Source: Mobula hypostoma (taxonomy: Eukaryota). From it: DNA of 64,000 nt. Location of the stretch: contig NC_086100.1 of the NCBI RefSeq assembly GCF_963921235.1, positions 201,626,001-201,690,000 of the forward strand, read 5' to 3'. Of the stretch, positions 1 to 12,955 are shown in pieces. Both the position numbers and the translations under genes were made by a program. The notes below the pieces were generated by a model. The model saw nothing but the letters and a program-made list of their open reading frames with translations, was not told the origin of the DNA and searched no databases. Within the stretch, counting starts at the first letter, position 1; every line of letters begins with the position of its first letter.

Positions 1-237
1 CTTCATTGGACATGTGATTAGGGAAGAGGAGTTAGAATGCACGGTAATTATGGGAAAGATTGAAGGGAAGAAAGCAAGAGGAAGACAAGGACAAATGATG
101 ATGGCGACAGCAGCCAGAGAACTGGAAATGAATCCCAATGAATTGATCCCCTTGACCTGAAATAGGAGTGTGTGGGCCATGGCAGTCAAAGCTCAAACCG
201 GGCATGGCACCTGATGATGATGATGATGATGATGATG
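1..237 (+). mobile_element. 3' end of an RTE-clade LINE with (TGA)n tail
   Basis: Frame 2 reads FIGHVIREEELECTVIMGKIEGKKARGRQ...T*NRSVWAMAVKAQTGHGT*, matching the RTE ORF C-terminal motif (GH..R...LE..IM.GK.EGKR.RGR), followed directly by a (TGA)n tail. Confidence 0.8.
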
Positions 238-575
238 AAGAACGCTGGCTGCCCCGGACGGGACGGACGAGCACATGATGATGATGAAGAACGCTGGCTG
301 CCCCGGACGGGACGGACGAGCACATGATGATGATGAAGAACGCTGGCTGCTCCGGACGGGACGGACGAGCACATGATGATGATGATGAAGAACGCTGACT
401 GCCCCGGACGGGACGGACGAGCACATGATGATGATGATGAAGAACGCTGGCTGCCCCGGACGGGACGGACGAGCACATGATGATGATGATGAAGAACGCT
501 GGCTGCCCCGGACGGGACGGACGAGCACATGATGATGATGATGAAGAACGCTGACTGCCCCGGACGGGACGGACG
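238..575. repeat. Tandem minisatellite, 7 copies of a 49-52 bp unit AAGAACGCTGGCTGCCCCGGACGGGACGGACGAGCACA(TGA)n
   Basis: Unit starts at 238, 287, 336, 388, 440, 492 and 544; length varies only with the number of TGA triplets. Confidence 0.95.
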
Positions 576-780
576 AACGGCCGAGCCCGACGGTCACAGC
601 GTCCGGACCGGATGGGAGCTGCGCCACTGCTTCGCTCGCGTCCGGGATCTGTGACGGAGGCAGCACGTGACGAGTTTGAACCAATCACTAGCCTGGCTTG
701 TTGTCGGCGGCAAACGCGATTCAAACGGCAGGGCGCGCGGCTTGACTGTTAATGAGAGCGGGAGGGAGAAAGGGAAGTGA
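576..780. promoter_or_regulatory. CpG-rich promoter-like island with E-box (CACGTGAC) and CCAAT box
   Basis: Dense CpGs in an otherwise CpG-depleted window; CACGTGAC at ~664-671, CCAATCA at 681-687, possible donor GAA|GTGAGT at 776/777. Confidence 0.5.
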
Positions 781-919
781 GTGAGGAGGCAAAAAGAGGG
801 AGAAGGAGAAGGGATAGAGGCTGAATGTGAAGGGGTGAAAGAGTATGAAGCAGGGAATGGCGAGTGAGTGAAGGATACGGGCAGAGGGCAGTACAGTACA
901 TCGAAGGGAGCGTCGGGCC

Positions 920-1560
920 AGGCTGTAAGGATAATAGGGACAGAGACTGAGTGGAGAGAGGGTCACAGAGACAGGCTGTAAGGATAATAGGGACAGAGAC
1001 TGAGTGGACAGAGGGTCACAGAGACAGGCTGTAAGGATAATAGGGGACGGAGACAGTGGAGAGAGGGTCACAGAGACAGGCTGTAAGGATAATAGGGACA
1101 GAGACTGAGTGGACAGAGGGTCACAGAGACAGGCTGTAAGGATAATAGGGGACGGAGACAGTGGAGAGAGGGTCACAGAGACAGGCTGTAAGGATAATAG
1201 GGACAGAGACTGAGTGGAGAGAGGGTCACAGAGACAGGCTGTAAGGATAATAGGGGACAGAGAGGGAGAGGAGAGACAGGCTGTAAGGATAATAGGGGAC
1301 GGACACGGAGGGGAGAGAGGGTCACAGACAGGCTGTAAGGATAATAGGGGACAGAGAGGGAGGGGAGAGACAGGCTGTAAGGATAATAGGGGACAGAGAG
1401 GGAGAGGAGAGACAGGCTGTAAGGATAATAGGGGACGGACACGGAGGGGAGAGAGGGTCACAGACAGGCTGTAAGGATAATAGGGGACGGAGAGGGAGGG
1501 GAGAGAGGGTCACAAAGACAGGCTGTAAGGATAATAGGGGACGGACACCGAGTGAAGCTA
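920..1560. repeat. Purine-rich minisatellite, core ACAGGCTGTAAGGATAATAGGG(G)AC, units ~45-60 bp, degenerating to ~1740
   Basis: More than 10 visible copies of the core; explains the low-complexity ORFs at 721-1513. Confidence 0.95.
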
Positions 1561-2899
1561 GGGAGGGGTCACGGAGACTAGAGTTGGAGACGGATAAAGG
1601 GTCATGGAGACTGGAGCTGGGGAGGGGAGAGGAGAGAGGTTCATGGTCAGGTTGTAAGGGTCATAGGAGACAGACTGATGCTGGGGAGGGGAGAGAGGGT
1701 TACAAAAATAAGTTGTAAGGGTAATTGGGGATAGAGACAGAGTTATCCCAACCGGGCGAGGGTTGGGGGTGCTGGGTAAGAGGGGAGTTGCCTCGACAGA
1801 AGAGGGCAGATGGGAAAGGTGCCAAAGGGAGGTAGGGAGAGACTAGGGAAGAGGGAAAACAGGTAATGATTCAGGGATCAAAACAGATAAGAAGAAAGGG
1901 GTAGAAGGATTGAGAAAAACTGACAGACATAGAGAAAAATAATGTAACAAGGAGAAGGGGAAGAGTGAGGGAAGGAGGCAGATATTGAGGGTGGGGAACA
2001 ATGGGGAGGAGGTGAAGGAAGAAGATCCTGCTGGAAGTGCAGGCTTGGGTTAAATCAAAGCTACGCAGCAAATAATAAAACTGAAAGCGATAGAGAATAG
2101 GATATTGAGAAGAATGAATGGAAAGGACCCAGTAAAACTTATCTGACATAAGAATATTAACACACTAGGATAGAACAAGGAGGAATCAAGGCAAGGAGAC
2201 AGCTTAAAAAAGTGGGCAGAAGACACCAGAAGGAGTGGGAATAGTTGCCTGAGAGGATTCAGACAGTTGAAGGTTATCTTAACCACTTCAAATGTTTATT
2301 AGAGGTATAGTTGTGATTTTAGGGATTTGGTCCCACGTTGCAATTTTATTACCTCTCACTAAAAAGACTTTTGTTGATGCTCCACAAAAGGAAGTGTTTA
2401 GAGTTGCATCAAAACCAAAAATAACAGAAGAATTCTCAGGAACTCAGTTGTTCCCTGATCTTCATCCTAACCAAACTGGATTGCAGGCTCAAGCAGGTAA
2501 AAATGAAGAATTTTTACCAAACGTGGATTAAGATAAGATTAATTAACACAGCTAGAAAATTGATGCAGTTAATGCATTGGTAGAAGGATAAAGAGAGGAT
2601 GTTATTCCCAAAATGTGTACAGGACAACTTTGTTGAATCGGGAAAGAGCAGTGATGGATTCCCAATGGGGGTCCTTCAAGGCAATGGTGATCAAAAACAC
2701 ATTTACTTGTGCACAAATAGTGAAAAATGAAATGTGGGAATACACCAACAGCCAGTTAATTTCAGTGACTGGGTATGGAATAGAAGGATATTAGGATATT
2801 ATTTGATGCCGAGTTCCTACTCGACTGATTCTGCTCGACTCACTGACTCGCTCCACCAGACAGTTTGTTGTGATGTGAGTTTACTTTTTTTAAAAAAAG

Positions 2900-4000
2900 T
2901 GATCCATGTGTAAGATTGAGAAAGCAGAACTTTGACAGCCCCCATAAAGAATTTAAAAAAGCAAGAAAGCACTCAATGGTATTGTGAGGACCACAAGGGG
3001 TCATGGATGTCCTTGGCAAGTAGGATTATAAAATCCATATTCATTTTATACATGCACTGTAAACAAGAAGGAGGCACAGGAGGGAGTAAGTCCACTCAAG
3101 GATGAAGGAGAGAATTTATGTCCGAAACCAGAGGATACTAAACAATACTACACATGGGTACACACCAAGGAGGAGGACATGGAGGACAGCGAGATCAGGG
3201 AGAAAAGTCCTGACAATGCTGAGATCAAAAAGGAGGTGATATTGGGTCTATTGATGAGCATTGGTGGATAGGTCCCCAGGGCCTAATGGAGATCTATCTG
3301 AGGTACGAGGCAGGAGACTGACAAAGACCTCTGTATCCTCCCTAACCAAAGGCCATGTTGCAGAGGACTGCAGAATTGACCACCGTCATATTTTTATATA
3401 TATGAAGGACTGTTAAGGATTTCCAGGAAATTGTAGTCTGGTGAACCTCACATCAGTGGCAGGAAAGCTATTGGGGTGAATTATTAGCAATAGGGTTTAT
3501 GACTATTCAGCGTGAGATATATTGGTCTTAGGCATTGGTCAGACGCACTTGAAGTACTATACTGTGAGCAGTTTTTATCTAAGGAAAAGTGTGGCAGCAT
3601 TGAACAGCATTCAGAGGAGGTTCCTGAGAATGATCCCGGGAATGAATGGGCTAACATATAAGGCACATTCGATGGTTCTGGGCCTGTACTTGCTAGAGTT
3701 TAGAAGAATTAGGGGGCTCTCAATGAAACTTATCAAATATTGAAAGGTCCAGATAGAGTGAATGTGGAGAGGATGTTTCCTACAGAGGGAGAAACTAGGA
3801 CCAGGGGACACAGCCTCAGAATAGAGGAACATCCTTTTAGAAAAAATGAGAAGTTTCTTTAATCAGGGGTTGGTGAATCTATGGAATTCGTTGTCACAGG
3901 CATGTATAGAGGATGAATTATTGGGTGCTTAAAGTGCAGGTCAATTGGTTTTTGATTAGTCAGGGTGTCAAAGATTATGGGGAGAAATCAGGAGAACGGG
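2900..4000 (+). mobile_element. Decayed CR1 LINE ORF2 fragments and 3' region
   Basis: Remnants such as QRRFLRMIPGM and LGLYLLEFRRIRG match CR1 RT C-terminal motifs seen in better copies in this window. Confidence 0.75.
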
Positions 4001-4019
4001 TTTGATGTAGCCACCTCCT

Positions 4020-5353
4020 TCAGGTAGCCTTCACTTATACCAGTGTCTAATAAAAACATAGTACAGTGACCTGCCTCAGTGACTATCATTCAGCAGCACT
4101 TCTATCCACTGTGATGAAGTATTTTTAGAGGTTGGTGATGAAACATCAACTCCTGCCTGAGAAGCGACTTGGATCCTCTCCAATTTGCCTACCATCACAG
4201 CAGTCCACAGTAGATGCCATCTCATTGGCTCTTCCCTCAACACTGGAACACCTGGACAGCAAAGATGCAAACATCGGGATACACTTTATCGACTATAGCT
4301 CGGCATTCAGTACCATCATCCCTTCCAAACTAATCAACGTGTGCTCAATCCCTGCTCTACTTGCTTTATACTTATGACTGTGTAGCTAAGCACAGCATCA
4401 ATGCTGTATTCACATTTGCTGACGACATTACTGTCGTAGGCCAAATCAAAGGTAGCGAGAAATCAGCATACAGGAGGGAGTTTGAAAGTATGGCTGCATG
4501 GTGTCATAACAACAACCTCTTACTCAATGTCAGCAAAACCAAGGAGCTGATTATTGACTTCAGGATGAAGAAACCAGAGGTCCATGAGCCAGTCCCCTTT
4601 GAAGGATCAGAGGTGGAGAGGGTCAGCAATGTTAAATTCTCCAAGCCGTTATTATGGAGGGCCTCCCCCGGGGTCAGCACGTTCAGTGCAATTACAAGGA
4701 AACCACGACAGTGCCTCTACTTCCTTAGGTTTGGCATGACATTTAAAACTTTGACAAACTTCTATAGATGTGAGGTTGAGAGTATACTTACTAGCTGCAT
4801 AACAACCTGCTATGGGAACAACAATGTTCTTGAATGGAAAATGCTACTAAAAGTAGTGGATATGGCCCAGTCCATGATTGGTAAAGCCACTTCCATCGTT
4901 GTTGCAGGAAAGCAGCATCCATCATCAGGAACTCCCACCACCCAGGACATGTTTTCTTCTTGCTACTGCCATCAGGAAGAAAATGCAGGAGCCTCAGGAC
5001 TCTCACCAGGTTCAGGAACAGTCATTACCCCTTTTGAACCAAAGGGGATAACTTCACTTGCCCCATCATTGAAATGTTCCCACACCTATGGACTCACTTT
5101 CAAGGACTCTTCATCTCATGTTCTCGATATGTATTCCTTATTTATTATTATTATTAATTTTTGTACTGTACTTGCATAGTTTGTTTACTTTTCCACACTG
5201 GCTGAACACCTAAGTTGGTGCGATCGTTCATTGATTCCATTATGGCTAATATTTTATTCTGAATTTATTGAATATTCCTACAAGAAAATGAATCTCAGGG
5301 CTATATGTGGTGTCATATATGTACTTTGATGATAAATTTACTTTGAACTTTGA
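4020..5353 (+). mobile_element. Rex1/Babar-clade LINE, 3' portion
   Basis: RT motifs HFIDYSSAFSTIIPSKLI and FADDITVVG, then LNVSKTKELIIDFR and LTNFYRCEVESILTSCIT; ends in AATAAA...(CTTTGAA)n tail. Confidence 0.85.
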
Positions 5354-6744
5354 GAGTGTTAATAAACCAGCCGTAGTGGAATGGGAGAACAGGTTGGGCA
5401 AAAATGGTTTTATTCTGCTCCTATGTCTTATGATCTTATAATCTTCTGGTCTCATCAGTCCATAGTTTCCATGATTATCCCTATTTTCCTCCTTGAACAA
5501 TGGAACTACATTAGCTAATCACCAGTCCTCTGGGACTTTGTGGCTAGAGAGGACACAAGGATCTTGGTCAGGCCTCATCAATCTCATCTCGTGCCTCTTC
5601 TAATGACCTGGCCCTAAGCTTTTTTTCAACTGAATATTCTTTAAATAACCTACCATTACAAACTTCAACTTCAACTTGAACTGCCCTAATGTATTAGCAT
5701 GCTGCATACTGATCTCCCTTGGTAAACACTGATACAAAGTACGCAGTTAAATCATCAGCTGCATCCTCCCTCCCAAGCACATTCCCTCCTTTATCTTTGA
5801 GTGGTCCTACCCTCTCCCTAGTTTATCATTTTGCTGTTGGTACATGTGTGGAATCTCTTTAATCCTAATTGTCATGGATTTTCATGCCCCTCCTATAAGA
5901 TAGTCACACACTATAGAAACCTTTCAAAAGCAACTCAGCAGGTTCTTGATGAAGGGCTTTGTGGAGAAAGGTGGAGTACAAGGCTGAATTGGATGGTTCT
6001 GTCAATGAGCCAGATGCAAGTACCATGTGATGAACAACCCCCTTCTAAGATGCTGTAATTTTAAGAAGCATTTAAAATGGATGGCCTTGGAATTGGAGAC
6101 TATTTGTAGATCAGAAAATACTTGGAATGCATTACCTGGAAAGATAATGGAAGTTGCTTTCAGAATAACATTCAAAGAGAATTTGGATAAATGCAGAAAA
6201 TATTTTATGAAATGTATGGTAAGGGAAAGAAAAGGCAGCTAATGAAATAACCTGTTGGAAGAGCATGCATATACGCAAAATCAAATGGTCTCTCCTGTTC
6301 TGTATAATCCTGTGAATGCCTGTTAGCTGATTCTAATCACTTACATTCTTATCTTTTACACTGACAGCTATTAAAGGATTTCCACAGGGTTTAAATTGTG
6401 CACCAGGTAAGGAATCTCACTTCTCAGTAATTTAAAATGTTGAATTAACAATGGAGATAACCTAGACAGCAAAAGAACCTGCAGCTATAAAAGACAATAA
6501 CTACAAATTTATTAAGGAAATATGAACACACTTTGTTCTGAGAGTAGTTAAAATGTGGTACTTGTGGAGATCACAAAAGACAGGGGAACAAGGCAAGAGT
6601 CAGCAGGACTTTTAGTGAGCAACACACACAAAATTTAGGTTGGGCAGCATCTACAGTATGAAGGGAGATACACAATCGACGTTTCAGGCCCAGACCCTTC
6701 ATCTCAGCTGGAAAGGAAAGGGGCAGAAACCAGACAGTGATGGA

Positions 6745-7830
6745 ACATAGAATAATACAGCAAAGGAATAGGCCTATGGTCCACGATGTTGTGCAGAACT
6801 ATTTAAACTAGCTATGGAATGCCTACTAACCAAACACCCCTGGTGCCTACACAATATTCATATCCCTTCATTCTCTATATATCCATGTGCCTAGTGCCTA
6901 TGTAAGAGCCTCTATCAGACCTGCCTCCACTGCCACTCCTGGCAGTATATTTCAGGCACTACCACTCTGTGTATTTTTTTTAAAAAACTTGCCCCATACA
7001 TCCCCTTTGAACGTACCCTCTCACATACTTTCTACTATTGGACAGTTTGACCATGGGGTAAATATTGGCTGTTAATCTATGCCCACACATCTCCTTTGAA
7101 TGTATCCCTCTCTCATACTTTACTGGACATTTGACCCTGGGGAAAATACCGACTGTGCATCCATGCTTCTTATAATTTTCATATCAGGTCTCCCCTCAGC
7201 CTCTGCTGCCTCAGAGAATATAACCCTAAAGTGTCCAACCTCTTATAAACACATTCCCTCTAACTGATGCTGCATCCTCTTCAAAGCCTCAACATCCTTC
7301 CTTCAATGAGGTAACCAGAACTATATTTAATACTCAAGTTTTATAAAGCTGCAACATAATTTCCTGGCTTTGGAACTCATTTCCTTGACTTATAGAGGTA
7401 AATGTGCCATTTGCCCTTTACCACCCTATCAACTTGTGTAGCCCCTCTCAGGGAGATATAGACTTGGACCCAAGATCCCTCTGCTGATCCACAATGTCAA
7501 GGGTCCTGCCATTAACAGTATACTATCCAGTTGCATTTGCTCTCCCTAACTGAAACTCTTCACATTTAGCCATGTTAAACTCTGCCCATATCTACAACTG
7601 ATCTATATCCAACTATATTATTTACCAGTCTTCTATGCTACCCACAACACCACCAATCTTCTTATTGTTTCCAGACTTTCTAACCCACCCATCTACATTT
7701 TCATCCAGGTCATTTACATACATCACAAACAGCAGAGGTCCAGTACAGATCCCTCTGGAACATCATTAATCACAGACCACCAGCCAGAATCAGTCACATT
7801 GACCACTACCCTCTGTGTTCCATCACTGGA
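6745..7830 (-). mobile_element. Decayed CR1 LINE 3' portion
   Basis: Reverse strand shows the CR1 tail (AACATAGAA on +) and the remnant WWSVINDVPEGSVL. Confidence 0.75.
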
Positions 7831-9264
7831 CAATCCCTCAGCAATCTCATCTTGGACAATTGCCATGATGTTCTTGATCGGAAATGCAACTTCCCTCTCC
7901 TCTCTTTGCTCCACCTCTATCCCACTTAAAGCACTTGCTCCCTGCGACATTCAGCTATATCCTGTCATTCCGTCGCCATGCTTCTCCAATGACTATTTTA
8001 TCTCAGTCCAATGAAGTTATCTGTGTCCTGAGTTCATCTGCCTTACTTGGAAATAAATACATCGTAATCCAATATGGCTCAAATGCCATCTATAGATTTG
8101 CTGTTGTTGGCAGAATCTCAGATGGTAAGGAGGAAGGAGTATAGGACTGAGCCATTTCCACCACTTGCTTAACTATCACTTTATAGTAGCTACATCCTCC
8201 TCACAACTTACACTGCCACCATTTGTTTCTCTCAGTTTCATCAGTCTGCATCCTATCGTAGACTTTCCCCTATGTTCTCTTCACCCCATCCCTTTCTCTG
8301 TAACTTAAAATTTGTTTTACTTCTAATTTTTACTATTGAACACAGTGCTAATTCTGTTTCTTTACCAATTGATGCTAGTTGATTGCCTGAATATTTCCCA
8401 TACATTCTCTTTAAGTGGTAGTTAGTTTCTCCAGATCTGTCCAGTTTTAGAATAATGTTCAGGGTAGAGCTCATGAAGTAATTTTGCTTCGTCGTTCTTC
8501 CCTTTGCCAAGGTACTCCGCTTTGGCTCATATGCCTTGTAGTGCTGGTCCTGGTTCTACTTATTACAGACGGAATCTTGTTATTAGTCGTGTGCAAGAAG
8601 TGCTGTAGAACTGCTTCACAGTGAACATTAACCTCCAATGCCTAGAAAAGTTCCAGGTAAATTGCAATTCAATATACAATTTATAGTTAGTCTATGTTCT
8701 TACATGCCAAATATACATCATGCATTACTAATTTTGATTTGACAATATAGTTCAGAATTTTCAAATATTAAAATGTCCAATTTGTGCTTGGAATAAATGA
8801 TTACAACTAGTAGTTTACACTTAGCATCTAAGTGCAGGGTCTTACAGGATCGATATGGAGAGAATGTTTCCTCTTGTAGGGGAATTTAAAACCAGAGGTC
8901 TGAGATAATCATACATTTAGTGCTGACATGAGGAGAAGTATTTTCTTTCAGGTGGTGGCCCCTCCTCAGAGAGCAGTGAAACCAGCATCTTCCGATATTT
9001 TGAAGATTGAGGTTAACAAACAGGGTATGAAAGGCCCCAGCATGTCCACTAAAATGCAAAATTGAGGTTACAGTAAGATCAGCCATGAGCAGAGAAGGAT
9101 TGACATGCCTTGAGGCCTGCTCCTATACTGCCACGGTGAGGCCATTCACAGTTTGGAGGGGCAATGTCTCAAACACCGGCTGGGTAACCTCCAACCTGAT
9201 GACATGAACATCGATTTCTCCAACTTCTGTTAATTCTCCCCCCTCCTCATCTCCTTTTTTTTAC

Positions 9265-10350
9265 AGTCATTGAGAAGTACAGTACAGAAACAGGTCCTTC
9301 AGCTCATCTAGTCCGTGCCAGAACCATATGAACTGCCTGATCCCTATACCTGGACCACAGCCCTAAATGTCCCTTCTACTTGTGTACCTATCCAAACTTT
9401 GAAATTAAGCTTGCATGTCCCACTCGTGCCGGCAGCTCATTCCACAATATCACAACCCTCTGAGTGAAGAAATTTTTCCCTCATGTTACCCTTAAACTTC
9501 TCACCTTTCACCCTTAACCCATATCTTCTGCTTGTAGTCCCAGTCAACCTCAGTAGAAAAAGCCTGGTTGCATTTACCCCATCTATACCCCTCATAATTT
9601 TGTGTACCTCCATCAAATCTCCTCTCAATCTTCTACATACTAAAGAATAAAGTCCTAACCTATTCAATCTTTCCTTGTAACTCAGGTCCTCCAGACCCAG
9701 CAACATCCTTGTAAATTTTCTATGCACTCTTTCAAGCATGTTCACATCTTTCCTTCAGGTAGGAGACCAAAACTGCACACATTACTCCAAATTGGGCTTC
9801 ACCAATGTCCTGTACAACTTCAACATAATATCCCATCTCCTGTACTCAATACATTGATTTATGAAGGCCAATGTGCCAAAAGCTTTCTTTACAATCCTAT
9901 CTAACTGTGACACTACTTTCAACAAATTATGTGCATGTATTCACAGATCTGTTTGTTCTACCACACTCCTCAGTGCCCTACTGTTCACTATGTAAGACCT
10001 ACATTGGTCATATCAAAGTGCAAAATTTCACACTGGTCTTCCTTAAATTCCATCTTCCATTTTTCCAGTGATGCAGATTCCTCTGCGAGCCATTATAGCC
10101 TTCCTCACTGTCCACTACTGCCCCAATCTTGGTGTCATCTGCAAATTTGTTGATCCAATAAACCACATTATCATGTATATAACACCCTGGCAAAGGTTTT
10201 GCTGCTAACGTAATGGTATTTCAAACAACAAAGAACCCGGCACCAATTCCTGCGGCACACCAGTAGTCACAGGCCTCCAGAGGGAGAAGCAACCCTCTAT
10301 TACTAAGCTCTGGCTTCTCCTACAAGTCGATGTTCAATCCAATTTACTAC
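9265..10350 (-). mobile_element. CR1 LINE 3' portion
   Basis: LERVHRKFTRMLLGLEDLSYKERLNRLGLYSL and WINKFADDTKIGAVVDSEEG. Confidence 0.85.
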
Positions 10351-10354
10351 CTCA

Positions 10355-10945
10355 TGGTACATGGTGGCATCCGTTAGTCTCGTGAGACCATGGATCTGTG
10401 CCTGGACCTCTCCAGGGCGCAGGCCTAGGCAAGGTTATATAGAAGACTAGCAGTTGCCCATGCAGCAAGTCTCCCCTCTCCATGACACCGATATTGTCCA
10501 AGGGAAGGGCAAGGGCTGATACAGCCTGGCACCAGTGTCATCTCGGGAGTTGCCAGAACGAGGTTGAAGGCAACTTCGAACTGCCTTAGGGACTCCAGCT
10601 CCGGATTTGTCCTCAGGGTTTACTCCCAAAGACTTTCCCATGAGTAGGTATGGCCGCAAGGCAGCGGTGGTTTGAAATCAGAGTTTTCCCTCTCTTAGAT
10701 GGACTGCCTTCCCAGGCTGATGAGCTCCATCTACCCAAAGCACTGGTTTTAAGGCACCAGGGCCCACCTTTGCCCCTTCTGTCAGTAGAAACAGTTCCGC
10801 TGGGCTTAGAGGCTAAGCCACACAAGAAGACCAGGAGTTGGACTGGGTTGTCAGAGGCTATTTGAGGCGCATGCCGTGAGGAGCACTTTTAGGTAGTGGG
10901 AGCTTGTCCCCACTACCACTCCTCGGCTTGACAACCTTGGAACCC
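10355..10945 (-). mobile_element. Short non-autonomous RTE-related element (5' UTR-like part joined to RTE-like 3' end)
   Basis: Minus strand carries ...CAGCCTGGGAAGGCAGTCCATCTAAGAGAGGGAAAACTCTGATTTCAAACC and ends GTCTCACGAGACTAACGGATGCC; both resemble RTE terminal motifs from recall, not from a search. No RT ORF. Confidence 0.55.
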
Positions 10946-10954
10946 TCAAATAGT

Positions 10955-12955
10955 ACATAGAACATAGAAATTTACAGTGTGTTACAGGCCCTTCAGCCCA
11001 CAATGTTATGTTGACCATGTAACCTACTCTAGAGACCGCCCAGAATTGCCCTAGCACACAGCTCTCTATTTTTCTAAGTTCCATGTACCTATCTAAGAGG
11101 ATCTTAAAAGACCCTATTGTATCCGCTTCCACCACTGCTGCTGGCAGTGCATTCCATGCACCCACCAGTCCCTGTGTGAAAACCTTCCCCTGACATCCCC
11201 TCGGTACCAATTTCTAAGCACCTTAAAACTATACCCCCTCATGTTAGCCATGAGAGCTGTGGGAGAAACTCTCTGCCTATCTACATGATCAATGCTTCTC
11301 ATCATCTTATACATCTCTATAAGGTCACCTCTCATCCTTCATCACTCCAGGGAGAAAAGTCCAAGTATACTAAACTTATTTTCATAAGGTGCATCCTCCA
11401 ATCCAGGCAACATCCTTGTAAATCTCCTCTGCACTCTCTCTGTAGTATCCACATCCTTTCTGTAGTGAGGTGACCAGAACTGAACACACTACTCCAAGTG
11501 GGATCTGACCAAGGTCTTATATAGCTGTAACATTACCTCACGGCTCTTGAACTCAATCCCACGGTTGATGAATGCCAACACACCATATGGCTTCTTAACA
11601 ATACTGTCAACCCGCACAGCAGTTTTGAGTGTCCTATTGACACAGACCCCAAGATCCCTCAGATCTTCTACACTGCCAAGCTTCTTACCATTTATATTAT
11701 ATTCTGTTTTCCAGTTGGACCTTCCAAAATGAACCATTTCACACTTACCTGGGTTGAAGTCCAACTGCCACTTCTCAGCCCACTTCTGCATCCTATCAAT
11801 GTCCCGCTGTAATCTCTGACAACCCTCCAGACTATTCACAACACCCCCAACCTTTGTGTCATCAGCAAACTTACTAACCCACCCTTCTACTTCTTCATCT
11901 GGGTCATTTATAAAAATCACAAAGAGGGATCCCAGAACAGATCCCTGTGGAATACCACTGGTCACCGACCTCCATGCAGAATATGAACCATCTACAACCA
12001 CCCTTTGTCTTCTGTGGGCAAGCTAATTCTGGATTCACAAAGCAAGGTCTCCTTGGATCCCATTCCTCCTTACTTTTTGAAAGAGCCTGGCATGGGGAAC
12101 CTTATCAAATGCTTTACTGAAATCCATATACACTACATTCGCTGCTCTAACTTCATCAATGTGTTTTGTTACATCCTCAAAAAATTCAATCAGGCTCGTA
12201 AGGCACAACCTGCCCTTGACAAAGCCACGCTGACTATCCCCATTCAGATTATGTCTCTCCAAATGCTCATAAATCCTGCCTCTCAGGATCTTTTTCAACA
12301 ACTTGCCCACCACTGAAGTCAGACTCACTGGCCTAAAATTTCCAGGGTTAGCTCTTCCCTTTTTTGAACAAGGGAACAACATTTGCAACCCTCCAATCTT
12401 CCGGTACTTCTTCCATCCCTATTGATAATGCAAAGATCACCACAAGAGGCTCGGCAATCTCCTCTCTCACTTCCCACAGTAACCTGGCGTATATCTCATC
12501 TGGTCCCGGTGACTCATCTAACTTAATGCTTTTCAAAAGCTCCAGCACATCCTCTTTCTTAACGTCTATATGTTCAAGCATTTCAGTCCACTGTGAGTCA
12601 TCCCCACAATTGCCAAGTTCTTTTTCCCTGGTGAATACTGAAGCAAAGTATTCATTAAGTACCTCCGCTACCTCCTCTGACTCCATGCACATGTTTCCAG
12701 TATCGTACCTGATTGGTCCTATTCTCACTCGGCTCATCCCCTTGCTCTTCACATACTTGTAGAATGCCTTGGGGTTTTCTTTAATCCTGCCTGCCAAGGC
12801 CTTCTTATGGACCCTTGTGGCTCTCGTAATTTCATTCTTAGGCTGCTTCATTCTAGCCTTATAATTTTCTAGATCTCTATCATTACTTAGTTTCTTGAAC
12901 CTTTCATAAGCTTTTCTTTTCTTCTTAACTAGATTTTCTACATATATTGTACACC
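10955..12955 (-). mobile_element. CR1 LINE, 5'-truncated ORF2 plus (TTCTATG)n tail
   Basis: ORFs 11489-12001, 12035-12388 and 12348-12851 encode CR1 RT (MDFSKAFDKVPH, SGIPQGSVLG, KFADDTK); tail ACATAGAACATAGAA on +. Confidence 0.92.

Noticed and set aside
238..575. CRISPR-like array or poly-His/Ser protein ORFs (32-724)
   Set aside because: No unique spacers, only variable (TGA)n; eukaryotic context with no cas genes; the ORFs are translations of the repeat.
721..1513. 246-aa and overlapping ORFs
   Set aside because: Translations of a minisatellite.
10717..10792. CTGATGA...GAAA as another hammerhead
   Set aside because: No convincing stem II or stems I/III, and it lies on the apparent antisense strand of the RTE-like element.
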